Source of the DNA: a virus
Lineage: Duplodnaviria > Heunggongvirae > Uroviricota > Caudoviricetes
Length of the DNA stretch: 64,000 nt
Virus record (IMG/VR): IMGVR_UViG_3300017917_003727
Strand: one strand, 5' to 3'
Below, piece by piece: positions 55,260 through 63,943 of the stretch. The notes beneath the pieces were generated by a model. It saw nothing but the letters and a program-made list of their open reading frames with translations. It did no database searches and was not told the DNA's origin. How positions within the stretch are numbered: the first letter of the stretch is position 1; every line of letters starts with the position of its first letter. The translations under genes were made by a program, and so were the position numbers.

Positions 55260-56132
55260 ATGTTTCTTACACTTACCAAAACTATTATGAGTAGGTTAGA
55301 AAAAATAAAGGAACAACACCCTGAGTTGAATGTTACAATCATTGACTTGTTGGCAAGTATGGACCCAACTGATTCATACAAATACTTGGAGTTTTTGGTA
55401 AAAAGACTCAAAGATTATTATCAAGAAGAAAAGGAACAATTAGGTTTACACATTGCCATTGATTTGATAGGTACTGAAAACACCAAGACACTTAATGAGT
55501 ATGAAAAACATTGTAAAGCCAACAGGATTGAGAAAAATGATATAACTCAAATTAAGACTTGGCAAGAAATGAAAAGTGAGGTTAAAAAAGCCGAAGCAAT
55601 TGAAGAACAGAAAAAGAATGAGAAACAAATAAAGAAAATTTTTGAAAATGAAAATTACAAAATTTTAATTCCTCTTTCTTATGAAGCTTGTAAGATTTAT
55701 GGTTCAAATACAAAATGGTGTATAACACAAAAAAGTCATTGGGACACATATTCCAAAAGCTATAACATCTTATTTGTAATTGATAAATTATCAAATAAAA
55801 AATACGCCATTTCAAGAAAGAAAGGTGAACAGACAATTGATGCTTGGGATGAAAAGGATGTTCAAATGAGTCCTTTATTGTTGAAACTTCCACATGAAAT
55901 TATGGATAAGATTGTTGAGACAATATCAAAGGAAAAAACTATTGTTGAAATGGCTAAAAACTTAGTTAAGAAAGAAGAACCAAAACAAAAAAAGATGGAC
56001 GATTATCTACCTTATTTCAACCCAAATAATAGTATCTATTATGATGAAAATCTTATTGGTGAGTTATTTTCAAAATGGATAGACTCAAGTAAAATTCCTA
56101 CAAGTTATTTTTACACTAAAGGAGACGAATAA
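55260..56132 (+). CDS. Hypothetical protein: 'TKWC' paralog domain plus K/E-rich N-terminal region
   Basis: EACKIYGSNTKWCIT...Y...LFVIDK block shared with ORFs 21807 and 28977. Confidence 0.45.
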   Translation: MFLTLTKTIMSRLEKIKEQHPELNVTIIDLLASMDPTDSYKYLEFLVKRLKDYYQEEKEQLGLHIAIDLIGTENTKTLNEYEKHCKANRIEKNDITQIKTWQEMKSEVKKAEAIEEQKKNEKQIKKIFENENYKILIPLSYEACKIYGSNTKWCITQKSHWDTYSKSYNILFVIDKLSNKKYAISRKKGEQTIDAWDEKDVQMSPLLLKLPHEIMDKIVETISKEKTIVEMAKNLVKKEEPKQKKMDDYLPYFNPNNSIYYDENLIGELFSKWIDSSKIPTSYFYTKGDE

Positions 56133-56133
56133 T

Positions 56134-56508
56134 ATGAAATTTGCACTTATAGCACACGACGGAAAAAAGGCGGACATGGTTGCCTTTGTAATGAAAAGAT
56201 TAGAATTCTTCAACAGGGAAGATGTTGAAATATATGCTACAGGAACAACAGGTAAAAGAATTGTTCATGCTGGTGTTGAAAAGGTTGTAACCCTAAACTC
56301 AGGACCAATGGGTGGTGATGCGGAAATTGGAGCCATGGTTGCCAAAGGTGAATTGGAAGGAGTAATATTCTTCAGGGACCCACTTGATAAACACCCACAT
56401 GAACCCGATGTTCAAATGCTAATGAGACTATGTGATGTCCACGATGTACCACTAGCAACAAACTATAAAAGTGGACATATTATGGTTAAGTATTACTCAG
56501 AAAAATAA
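56134..56508 (+). CDS. mgsA: Methylglyoxal synthase
   Basis: FALIAHDGKK, YATGTTG, SGPMGGD, VIFFRDPL...PHEPDV blocks align closely to bacterial MgsA. Confidence 0.7.
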   Translation: MKFALIAHDGKKADMVAFVMKRLEFFNREDVEIYATGTTGKRIVHAGVEKVVTLNSGPMGGDAEIGAMVAKGELEGVIFFRDPLDKHPHEPDVQMLMRLCDVHDVPLATNYKSGHIMVKYYSEK

Positions 56509-56514
56509 AATCAT

Positions 56515-56907
56515 ATGAAAACAAAAATATATTTCAAAGGAGAATTTGAGGGATATGGTGTTGTCATATCTTGGGATAAAAGTAGGAATGATAAAAAGTA
56601 TCAAAATTTTTCATTTAGTAGAGTTCCATCAGCCCGTGAGAATGGATACAAGACAAGAGAATTGAGTTACAATCAAATTGCTGGTGGACAATACACAACC
56701 AAAGAAATCACAAGATACCTTGTAACAGGTTCGTTTGGTTCTTGGATTACTCACAAAACTGAATTGATGGATGAATTTGAAAAAGTAATTAATATTTGTG
56801 TTGACGAATTTATAAAAGATGTCAACAATGAATATTCACTTGACGGAATGATTGGAAGAATATTTATACAACCTTTTGAGAAATTTTTTGACTGGTTAAA
56901 AAAATAA
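56515..56907 (+). CDS. Hypothetical protein
   Basis: 130-aa ORF. Confidence 0.4.
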   Translation: MKTKIYFKGEFEGYGVVISWDKSRNDKKYQNFSFSRVPSARENGYKTRELSYNQIAGGQYTTKEITRYLVTGSFGSWITHKTELMDEFEKVINICVDEFIKDVNNEYSLDGMIGRIFIQPFEKFFDWLKK

Positions 56908-56918
56908 TTGTATATTTG
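56888..56918 (+). promoter_or_regulatory. Promoter TTGACT-N17-TATATTTG, ATG 4 nt downstream
   Basis: Conserved module; overlaps the end of the upstream gene. Confidence 0.45.
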
Positions 56919-56922
56919 CAAC

Positions 56923-57198
56923 ATGATTAAACTATTTAAAGAAAAATTTTTACAGTTGGATTTTGGTATTCAGATGATAATAGTTACACTAACTATTTTA
57001 ATATCAAATCAACTATTGTCCTTCACAACTAAGTTGATGAATTATTCCGACACGTTCGCATTTAATACTGGTCTCATTCTAACCTTTACTTTATTTGTAT
57101 TCCAAGCTTTATTCATATTTTTGGGTATAAAGTCAGTGATAAATTACATAAGAAAAACAAAACAAAATAATATAAATAACAATGAGCAATCTAACTAA
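56923..57198 (+). CDS. Small membrane protein
   Basis: ATG 56923 (ORF-track 56908 is a TTG); three hydrophobic helices. Confidence 0.4.
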   Translation: MIKLFKEKFLQLDFGIQMIIVTLTILISNQLLSFTTKLMNYSDTFAFNTGLILTFTLFVFQALFIFLGIKSVINYIRKTKQNNINNNEQSN

Positions 57199-58048
57199 AT
57201 TCTTGCTTGGACTATCAGTTGTAGTCCTTATGATTTTCAGTTTCACGGGATGTGAGCGTATCGACGCTGGTCACGTTGGAGTAAAAGTAAACCTTTATGG
57301 TAACGGAAAAGGCGTTGATGATGTGACAGAAGTTACTGGTTGGGTATTTTATAACCCAATTTCAACAAAAATTGTTGAGTTTCCAACCTATGTTCAACAC
57401 AAAGAATACAAAGCGATTATGGAAGACGGAAAAGTTGTATCTGACGAATCTTTTGTAATCAACTCAAAAGACGGTTCCGAGTTTCATGTTTCACCACTTC
57501 TTAACTATTCAGTTAAACGTGAAAAAGTTCCTTACATTTTCAACAAATACCGTGTAACACTCGGACAAATTGAAGAAGGATTTCTTAAAACTGCAGTATA
57601 CGATGCGTTTCGTGTTGTTGCTAACTCATATACTGCCGATGAATTGATATCTAATCGTGAATTATTTGAAATAAAAGTAAGAAAAAACCTTGAGGAACAC
57701 CTTGCACCCGAGGGATTTGTCTTGGCACAATTTACTTCTAATCTTGTTTATCCCACTACGTTTAAAAATGCGATTGAAGCTAAGAATAACGCAGTTCAAA
57801 AAGCTTTGACCGCTGAGAATGAAGTTAAAACTGCTGAGGCTCAGGCAAGGATTAAAGTGGCAACCGCAGAAGGTGAAGCGAAGGCGATGTTAACATCCGC
57901 AAAGGCTGAAGCTGAATCTAACAGGTTGAGACAACAAACATTGACACCACTTCTTCTACAACAAATGTGGATTGAAAAATGGAATGGTGGTCTTCCATCC
58001 ACGATGCTGGGTCAAGGACAAAATTTAATGTTCGGACTTAATAAGTAA
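57182..58048 (+). CDS. SPFH/band-7 (prohibitin/HflK-C-like) lipoprotein
   Basis: Lipobox FSFTGC; SPFH core with C-terminal Ala/Glu-rich coiled coil. Confidence 0.6.
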   Translation: MSNLTKFLLGLSVVVLMIFSFTGCERIDAGHVGVKVNLYGNGKGVDDVTEVTGWVFYNPISTKIVEFPTYVQHKEYKAIMEDGKVVSDESFVINSKDGSEFHVSPLLNYSVKREKVPYIFNKYRVTLGQIEEGFLKTAVYDAFRVVANSYTADELISNRELFEIKVRKNLEEHLAPEGFVLAQFTSNLVYPTTFKNAIEAKNNAVQKALTAENEVKTAEAQARIKVATAEGEAKAMLTSAKAEAESNRLRQQTLTPLLLQQMWIEKWNGGLPSTMLGQGQNLMFGLNK

Positions 58049-58058
58049 GACTAACAAA

Positions 58059-58086
58059 ACCCTCACAGAAATGTGGGGGTTTTTTA
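58059..58086 (+). terminator. Rho-independent terminator, family copy 4
   Basis: CCCTCAC-agaaat-GTGGGGG then T6. Confidence 0.65.
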
Positions 58087-58129
58087 TTTGAAATATATAC
58101 TAAAATAAAAATAAAATTATATTGTTAAT

Positions 58130-58375
58130 ATGTTTAAAAAATTTAAATATTTAGATAACACACAAAAATCATTTCTGATTATTGTTACATTATTTTTATC
58201 AAGTAAATTGACTGATTATACGACTCCCATGTTAACTAAAACAGAACCAATAGTACTATATACTGGTTTAGGTTTAACTGTACTTTTGCTACTTATACAG
58301 GGAGTAGCATTATATTTCGGAATAAAAATATTGTTTAAATTGTTTGAAGATTTTAAATCCAACTTCAAGATTTAA
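58130..58375 (+). CDS. Small membrane protein
   Basis: 81 aa, two TM helices. Confidence 0.35.
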   Translation: MFKKFKYLDNTQKSFLIIVTLFLSSKLTDYTTPMLTKTEPIVLYTGLGLTVLLLLIQGVALYFGIKILFKLFEDFKSNFKI

Positions 58376-59120
58376 TTTTCGGTTCACACTTATGACAAGT
58401 GTAAGGGTCATCACCACCCTCAGATAGTTTCCAAGACCAACCACAATCTTCACAAGTTACCATACCATCATCTACAGAAACAGATTCATAAATTTTATTG
58501 GTATCGTTTTTAATCACATAATCATTAATTGCGGTAATATAAAAATCATCAAATACCCCATGATGTCCTTTATAAAATAAATTATTTAATGTGTTTACAA
58601 AATGAGTATGATTAAAAGCCAATCCATCTTCAACGTTCTTATCAATAAAAATTATCAATTCGGCTCTTCGTAAATTTGAAATAATTTTAAATTTCAAATT
58701 TGGATAATGATAGTCTCGAGAATAAACTTTCATTGCTTTTTCTAACATTGGTTTTGCAATTTCGGCGACTTTATCAGAATTTTTGTGAAAATAAACAGTA
58801 ACTTGATACTGTAATTCATCACCAAAATATTTGTCAGTTAATGTGTAAATCTTATCATCTAATCCATTTACGAAATCCCAATAACTTTCATCATAATTTG
58901 GTGAAACCATATGATACATAGATGAATCTATTGTTGCCTCAACACTAAAACCAACAGAGTTTTCTTCTTCGTAATTAAATTCAAGAACACTTTTATATTG
59001 AATGTTTCCGTCAAATGATAACATTGTATTTAACAAGTCATCAACCAAATCTAACTTATCCTGTGCAGATTCGCACATTAATTTTCTTGACCTAAACAGT
59101 TGTTCTTGAAGTATCATCAA
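58365..59120 (-). CDS. Hypothetical protein with C-terminal zinc ribbon
   Basis: CEDCGWSWKLSEGGDDPYTCHKC. Confidence 0.4.
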   Translation of the reverse strand: MMILQEQLFRSRKLMCESAQDKLDLVDDLLNTMLSFDGNIQYKSVLEFNYEEENSVGFSVEATIDSSMYHMVSPNYDESYWDFVNGLDDKIYTLTDKYFGDELQYQVTVYFHKNSDKVAEIAKPMLEKAMKVYSRDYHYPNLKFKIISNLRRAELIIFIDKNVEDGLAFNHTHFVNTLNNLFYKGHHGVFDDFYITAINDYVIKNDTNKIYESVSVDDGMVTCEDCGWSWKLSEGGDDPYTCHKCEPKIKS

Positions 59121-59185
59121 ATATAAATATCGTATTTTTTCCTTATAAGAATATATTTATCAATATTAAAATAATAACTTTAATT

Positions 59186-59497
59186 ATGCCAGCATCACAA
59201 ACACCAATAGCTACCCCAGCTTTACCAAACAAACACAGAGAGGAGATAGATTGGAACGAAAATTATGGACAGACATTTAAAGCTGTTATTGTTCCTGAAG
59301 AGTTAGAATCAATAGAAGATACTACCATGATTGTAACACCCAAAAACACGGTAGAATGGACAACATGGAATGAAGTTTCAGAAAAACATTTATGTACCAT
59401 GAAAAAAAATTGGAACATAATTCAAAAAAACCTCACAGAATACAAATACCAAGAGATATTAAGTTATATCAAAAACTTGGAAAAAACCTTTATTTGA
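59186..59497 (+). CDS. Hypothetical protein
   Basis: 103-aa ORF preceded by TAACTTTA-att-ATG. Confidence 0.35.
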   Translation: MPASQTPIATPALPNKHREEIDWNENYGQTFKAVIVPEELESIEDTTMIVTPKNTVEWTTWNEVSEKHLCTMKKNWNIIQKNLTEYKYQEILSYIKNLEKTFI

Positions 59498-59511
59498 TTA
59501 TATTTTACTCT

Positions 59512-59637
59512 ATGTGGGAGTTAATAATCATAAACAAAGACGACAAAGGTTATTTAGTTCAGGCACCAAATGGTGATACACATTGGATGTCAAAACAGGA
59601 CTATCAAAAGTATTTAGAAAAAATCAATAAAAATTAA
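59512..59637 (+). CDS. Small hypothetical protein (41 aa)
   Basis: ATG 59512 within ORF-track 59392; the upstream part overlaps the previous CDS. Confidence 0.25.
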   Translation: MWELIIINKDDKGYLVQAPNGDTHWMSKQDYQKYLEKINKN

Positions 59638-60608
59638 TGTACGGCAATTCTAATCTTGATAAAGATTTTGTGGTTGATGATGACCTAATTAAACTTGCCG
59701 AGTTCGAAGCAAGAATCGCTGCGGGTGATAAGATTGAGCCAAAAGATTGGATGCCGAAAGAATATAGAAAACAACTTATCAGGATGATTGAACAACACGC
59801 TCATTCTGAAATTATTGGTTCTTTACCTGAAGGGACTTGGATTACAAGAGCACCAGGTTTTAGAAGAAAATTAGCATTGATGGCTAAAGTTCAGGACGAA
59901 GTCGGACATGCACAATTATTATATTCCGCAGCTGAAACATTGGGTAAAAGAAGAGAAGATATGGTTAATGATTTAATCAATGGCAAATCAAAATATTCAA
60001 ATGTCTTCAACTATCCAGCAAAGACTTGGGCTGATACCGCAATTATAGGTTGGTTAATTGATGCTGCGGCAATAGTTAATCAATTAGCAAACTCAAAAGG
60101 TTCATATGGTCCTTATTGTAGGGCTTTGGAAAGGATATGTTATGAGGAAAGTTTTCACCTAAAACAAGGTCATAGTAATTCTGTATACTTGGCAACAGGA
60201 ACAGAAAAACAAAGAGAGATGGTTCAAGATGCACTTAATCGTTGGTGGAAACCTGTGATACATTTCTTTGGACCACCTGATTCACAGTCAGTTCATTCAG
60301 AAAAGTTAATAAAATGGAAAGTTAAGATGATGACTAACGACCAAATGAGATTTCAATTCTTTGATATGTATGTCCCAAAGATTAGAGAATTAGGATTAGT
60401 AATCCCTGATGAAAAATTAAAAAGAAATGAAGATGGTACTTGGGATTACTCAGACCCTGATTGGAACGAATTCAAAGAAGTAATCAAAGGAAACGGACCA
60501 TGTAATAAAGAAAGATTGGCGGTTAGAAGGATGGCAGAAGAAAGAGGTAGATGGGTTAGAAAAGCTTTACTAAATAAAGATACTAATTATGTTACACCAC
60601 TAGCATGA
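59637..60608 (+). CDS. PaaA-like ferritin-fold di-iron protein (phenylacetyl-CoA epoxidase subunit A family)
   Basis: [25 protein letters not shown]...[13 protein letters not shown] di-iron carboxylate motifs. Confidence 0.55.
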   Translation: MYGNSNLDKDFVVDDDLIKLAEFEARIAAGDKIEPKDWMPKEYRKQLIRMIEQHAHSEIIGSLPEGTWITRAPGFRRKLALMAKVQDEVGHAQLLYSAAETLGKRREDMVNDLINGKSKYSNVFNYPAKTWADTAIIGWLIDAAAIVNQLANSKGSYGPYCRALERICYEESFHLKQGHSNSVYLATGTEKQREMVQDALNRWWKPVIHFFGPPDSQSVHSEKLIKWKVKMMTNDQMRFQFFDMYVPKIRELGLVIPDEKLKRNEDGTWDYSDPDWNEFKEVIKGNGPCNKERLAVRRMAEERGRWVRKALLNKDTNYVTPLA

Positions 60609-60943
60609 ACGAAATTTTTACAATTACAGAAGCGGCTGAAAAACAATTAAAAAAATTAATGAGTGAAGATAAAAAAGTAACTCAGGAACACTTCCTTAGA
60701 GTTGGTGTAAAAGGTGGTGGGTGTTCAGGATTATCTTATGAATTAGCATTTGATAACTTAGAACAAGATGGTGATAATATTTTTGAAACTAACAATATTA
60801 AAGTTCATATAGATAAAAAATCATTCTTATACCTTTTTGGTACTGAACTTGATTTTACTGACGGATTAAACGGTAAAGGTTTTCAATTTATTAATCCAAA
60901 TGCAACAAGAACTTGCGGATGCGGTGAAAGTTTTGCTATTTAA
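60605..60943 (+). CDS. A-type iron-sulfur carrier (IscA/SufA/ErpA, HesB family)
   Basis: C-terminal CGCGESF motif and the upstream Cys. Confidence 0.6.
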   Translation: MNEIFTITEAAEKQLKKLMSEDKKVTQEHFLRVGVKGGGCSGLSYELAFDNLEQDGDNIFETNNIKVHIDKKSFLYLFGTELDFTDGLNGKGFQFINPNATRTCGCGESFAI

Positions 60944-60967
60944 TACTCTCTTTATATTTATTTAATA

Positions 60968-61561
60968 ATGAGAGAGCTTATTCGTCAAATCATACATGAA
61001 GAAATAGAAAAGAAAGTTGAACCTTCAGACAGGGTAATTAGAAGTATTTGTGATTCAAAAGAATTTTGTAAAGCTCAGGGTCCTATAACTTTTGGTCAAC
61101 TTAAATCTATAGTTGAAAGTGCTATGGGTAGAAGAATCGCTCTCCATGTTGGTGAAGGTGGATACAAAGCAACACTCAGACTATTACCTTGGTTTCTTCC
61201 ACAATTGGCAATTGCAGGATTCTTAGGTGCGACAATGAGAGCGATGAATAAGATATTCAAACCAATTATTACTGAAACAACAAATTACAAAACATGGTGG
61301 GGAAAAACAATATTAAAAATATTTGATTTAGTTGAGGGAGAGTTAAACCCAAGAGACCCATTTAGTAGAATCTTTTTCATATCTGATGGATTGATGAACA
61401 TGTTAGATGAGGAAAACAAAGTTAAGTTTGCAAGACACATAGCCGAAATAGCATCGGAAATGCCTGATGAGGAACCAGTACCTGATTTTTTTGTTGAAAA
61501 CGAATTAAGAAAATGGGTTAACCAAAGATTTTTATTGGACCCACCATTATCTTTGAAGTAA
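60968..61561 (+). CDS. Hypothetical protein
   Basis: 197-aa ORF. Confidence 0.4.
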   Translation: MRELIRQIIHEEIEKKVEPSDRVIRSICDSKEFCKAQGPITFGQLKSIVESAMGRRIALHVGEGGYKATLRLLPWFLPQLAIAGFLGATMRAMNKIFKPIITETTNYKTWWGKTILKIFDLVEGELNPRDPFSRIFFISDGLMNMLDEENKVKFARHIAEIASEMPDEEPVPDFFVENELRKWVNQRFLLDPPLSLK

Positions 61562-62017
61562 GTTCTTACTTTTATATCTATCCAAATGGTATTTCATCAT
61601 TTTTGATGCGTGAAATCTTAACCACGGCTCACAATATGTTAGATGATTCATAAAATCTAATTCATATTTGTAGGCACTATATTCTTCATAGTCAGGGTCT
61701 ATACCATATTTGTAACTCATTAAATGATATGATTCATGAATTATTACACAACTTATATTGTTCAAAGGAAAGTTCATGTCCTTTTGTGAAATCATAATTG
61801 AATTCGAATCTTCTGTGGTTGAAAAATCACCGTTCCAAAAAGTTATGTGATTACAATATTTAATAAGTGAGTCATATTTTGAACTATCATACAACTTTAT
61901 TGTTTGTAGTGATTGTTCTATTTTGTTCTTCCAATTATCTCCAACATCCTCTATGTGTATCTGAGACACTAATGTGTTAAAAAAAAGTAAAAAGGGTAGC
62001 AATACTAAGGTTTTCAT
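61547..62017 (-). CDS. Secreted putative zinc metalloprotease-like protein (HExxH)
   Basis: N-terminal signal peptide; IIHESYHL motif. Confidence 0.35.
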   Translation of the reverse strand: MKTLVLLPFLLFFNTLVSQIHIEDVGDNWKNKIEQSLQTIKLYDSSKYDSLIKYCNHITFWNGDFSTTEDSNSIMISQKDMNFPLNNISCVIIHESYHLMSYKYGIDPDYEEYSAYKYELDFMNHLTYCEPWLRFHASKMMKYHLDRYKSKNLLQR

Positions 62018-62050
62018 ATATTTATAAGTATTAAAAATAAACCCTTTACA

Positions 62051-63943
62051 ATGAAAAAAAACTTATTATTATTTTTGACTTTTGCAATGTCCATGCTTGG
62101 ATATTCGCAGACGTGTCCCACACCAACCACGTCGGGAGTTCACATCACGTTAGATTCTACCTATAAAATCGGGACTTATAGGTCGGGTAAAACGAGTGTC
62201 GGATTGTGTTTTTACAATAGCACATCTGAAAAAATCACAGCAGCACAATACAGAGTATTTTACGACAAATCTGCATTTGCTGGCGTAGACACTATAAAAA
62301 CAAAAAACTCATCATTCTCACAGTATCTTCAGTATGTAGATAATCCATCAGGTGGATTTGTAACTATTACAATTACTTACACTGGTACAAATTCGAGTTT
62401 CAATATTCCAAACGGAGCTTTGTTTGAAATTGTATTCAAACATACTTCAGCACTTGCAACAACTTATTTCTCACCAACTGATATGACATTTAATGGTGGT
62501 TCATCTTTTAGTCAAACAGCAACCAACCAAGCGGGTAACGACTACACTTTGACACTAACAAATTTCGGTGGTAAATTCGAGAAACAAAAAATGTCTTACA
62601 AGGGTAAATTTGTTAACGTTCAAGGCTCAGCAGCTAAAAACCTAACAGTATCTTTGGAAAAGAAATTGAAATCAGGTGGAAGTTGGAGTTATGTTCAAAC
62701 ATCGGTTACAAACACATCAGGTAGATTTAATTTTACAGATGTTGAAATCGATACAACTGCTTGGAATGTAAGAATTGCGGTTAAAGGTGATACTATGGGT
62801 GTAGGTTCTATTGTGTCTGTATCAGATGCTCAAAGAATCAACCAATACGTATTAGGAACTCAAACACCAACAGGATTTGATTTCTACACTTCAGATGCTA
62901 ACGGAGATGATAAGATTACAATATCAGACGTTTATAGTGTTTACGGTAGAGTTGGTGGAAGATTCACAGCATTCCCTAATTCAGTTCAAGACGTATTGTT
63001 CTTCACTGAATCTGAATACAACACAATTAATAATTCATCTACAAACTATACTTCAACAATTCAAGGTGTAACTAATTTTACATTTGATATTATTGCAGGT
63101 CAACCTGACTCAGTAACATATTATGTTGTATGTCCTGGTGATGCTAATGGAACAGGTTATCACATGGCTCGTATGATTCCTATTGAAATTGTAAATCCAA
63201 ATAATGCTCACAAACACATTATTGATGTTACAACTCACTACGACGACGAGACACTTAAGACTATTGAAGTTAACTATCCTAAATTAGGTGTTGATGCTGA
63301 AGACGTAGTTTCTATTCCTGTTAAAGTTAAAACAAACGGTATTGAATTAGGTTCATTACAATTGAGTATGAAATACGATTCTACCCTGTTAACATTTAAA
63401 GGTGTGAAAAATGAAAGTAAAACTTCTTATTGGATTTCTTTTGTTAACCCATCTGAAGGTGTTGTTGAGTGGGGTGGTTACGACCCTACAAATAACAAAC
63501 ACTTAATGAAAGATGGTGAGATGTTTTTTACTTTAGAATTCACCGCAAAGAAACCACAAAATGATTGGGGTAAAAGTCCTTTATATGTGACAAGAAAATT
63601 TGCTGGTAATGCATCCGCAACTGATTTAGTTATTACACCAACTGATGGAATTATTCAAGTTTTCAGAATGTCAGGACCAACCAACTTCAAAGATTTGGGA
63701 TTAAGTCCAAACCCTTCAGATAAAACAATGTACTTTACATTTAAAGTATATCAAGATGGTAAAACATCAATTAGTTTATACGACTTGATTGGTAAAGAAC
63801 AAGTAAAAGTAGTTGAAGGTTATTACCCTGTTGGAATCTACACAGAACCTAAAGACATCTCAATGTTATCACCAGGTATGTACTTGGCAATTTTGAGAAC
63901 TGAAGAGAAAGTGGTAGTAAAAAAAGCAATTAAAAACAATTAA
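62051..63943 (+). CDS. Secreted protein with type IX secretion system C-terminal sorting domain
   Basis: N-terminal signal peptide; C-terminal ~80 aa matches the Por/T9SS CTD pattern (KTSISLYDLIGKEQ...GMYLAILRTEEKVVVKKAIK). Confidence 0.6.
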   Translation: MKKNLLLFLTFAMSMLGYSQTCPTPTTSGVHITLDSTYKIGTYRSGKTSVGLCFYNSTSEKITAAQYRVFYDKSAFAGVDTIKTKNSSFSQYLQYVDNPSGGFVTITITYTGTNSSFNIPNGALFEIVFKHTSALATTYFSPTDMTFNGGSSFSQTATNQAGNDYTLTLTNFGGKFEKQKMSYKGKFVNVQGSAAKNLTVSLEKKLKSGGSWSYVQTSVTNTSGRFNFTDVEIDTTAWNVRIAVKGDTMGVGSIVSVSDAQRINQYVLGTQTPTGFDFYTSDANGDDKITISDVYSVYGRVGGRFTAFPNSVQDVLFFTESEYNTINNSSTNYTSTIQGVTNFTFDIIAGQPDSVTYYVVCPGDANGTGYHMARMIPIEIVNPNNAHKHIIDVTTHYDDETLKTIEVNYPKLGVDAEDVVSIPVKVKTNGIELGSLQLSMKYDSTLLTFKGVKNESKTSYWISFVNPSEGVVEWGGYDPTNNKHLMKDGEMFFTLEFTAKKPQNDWGKSPLYVTRKFAGNASATDLVITPTDGIIQVFRMSGPTNFKDLGLSPNPSDKTMYFTFKVYQDGKTSISLYDLIGKEQVKVVEGYYPVGIYTEPKDISMLSPGMYLAILRTEEKVVVKKAIKNN

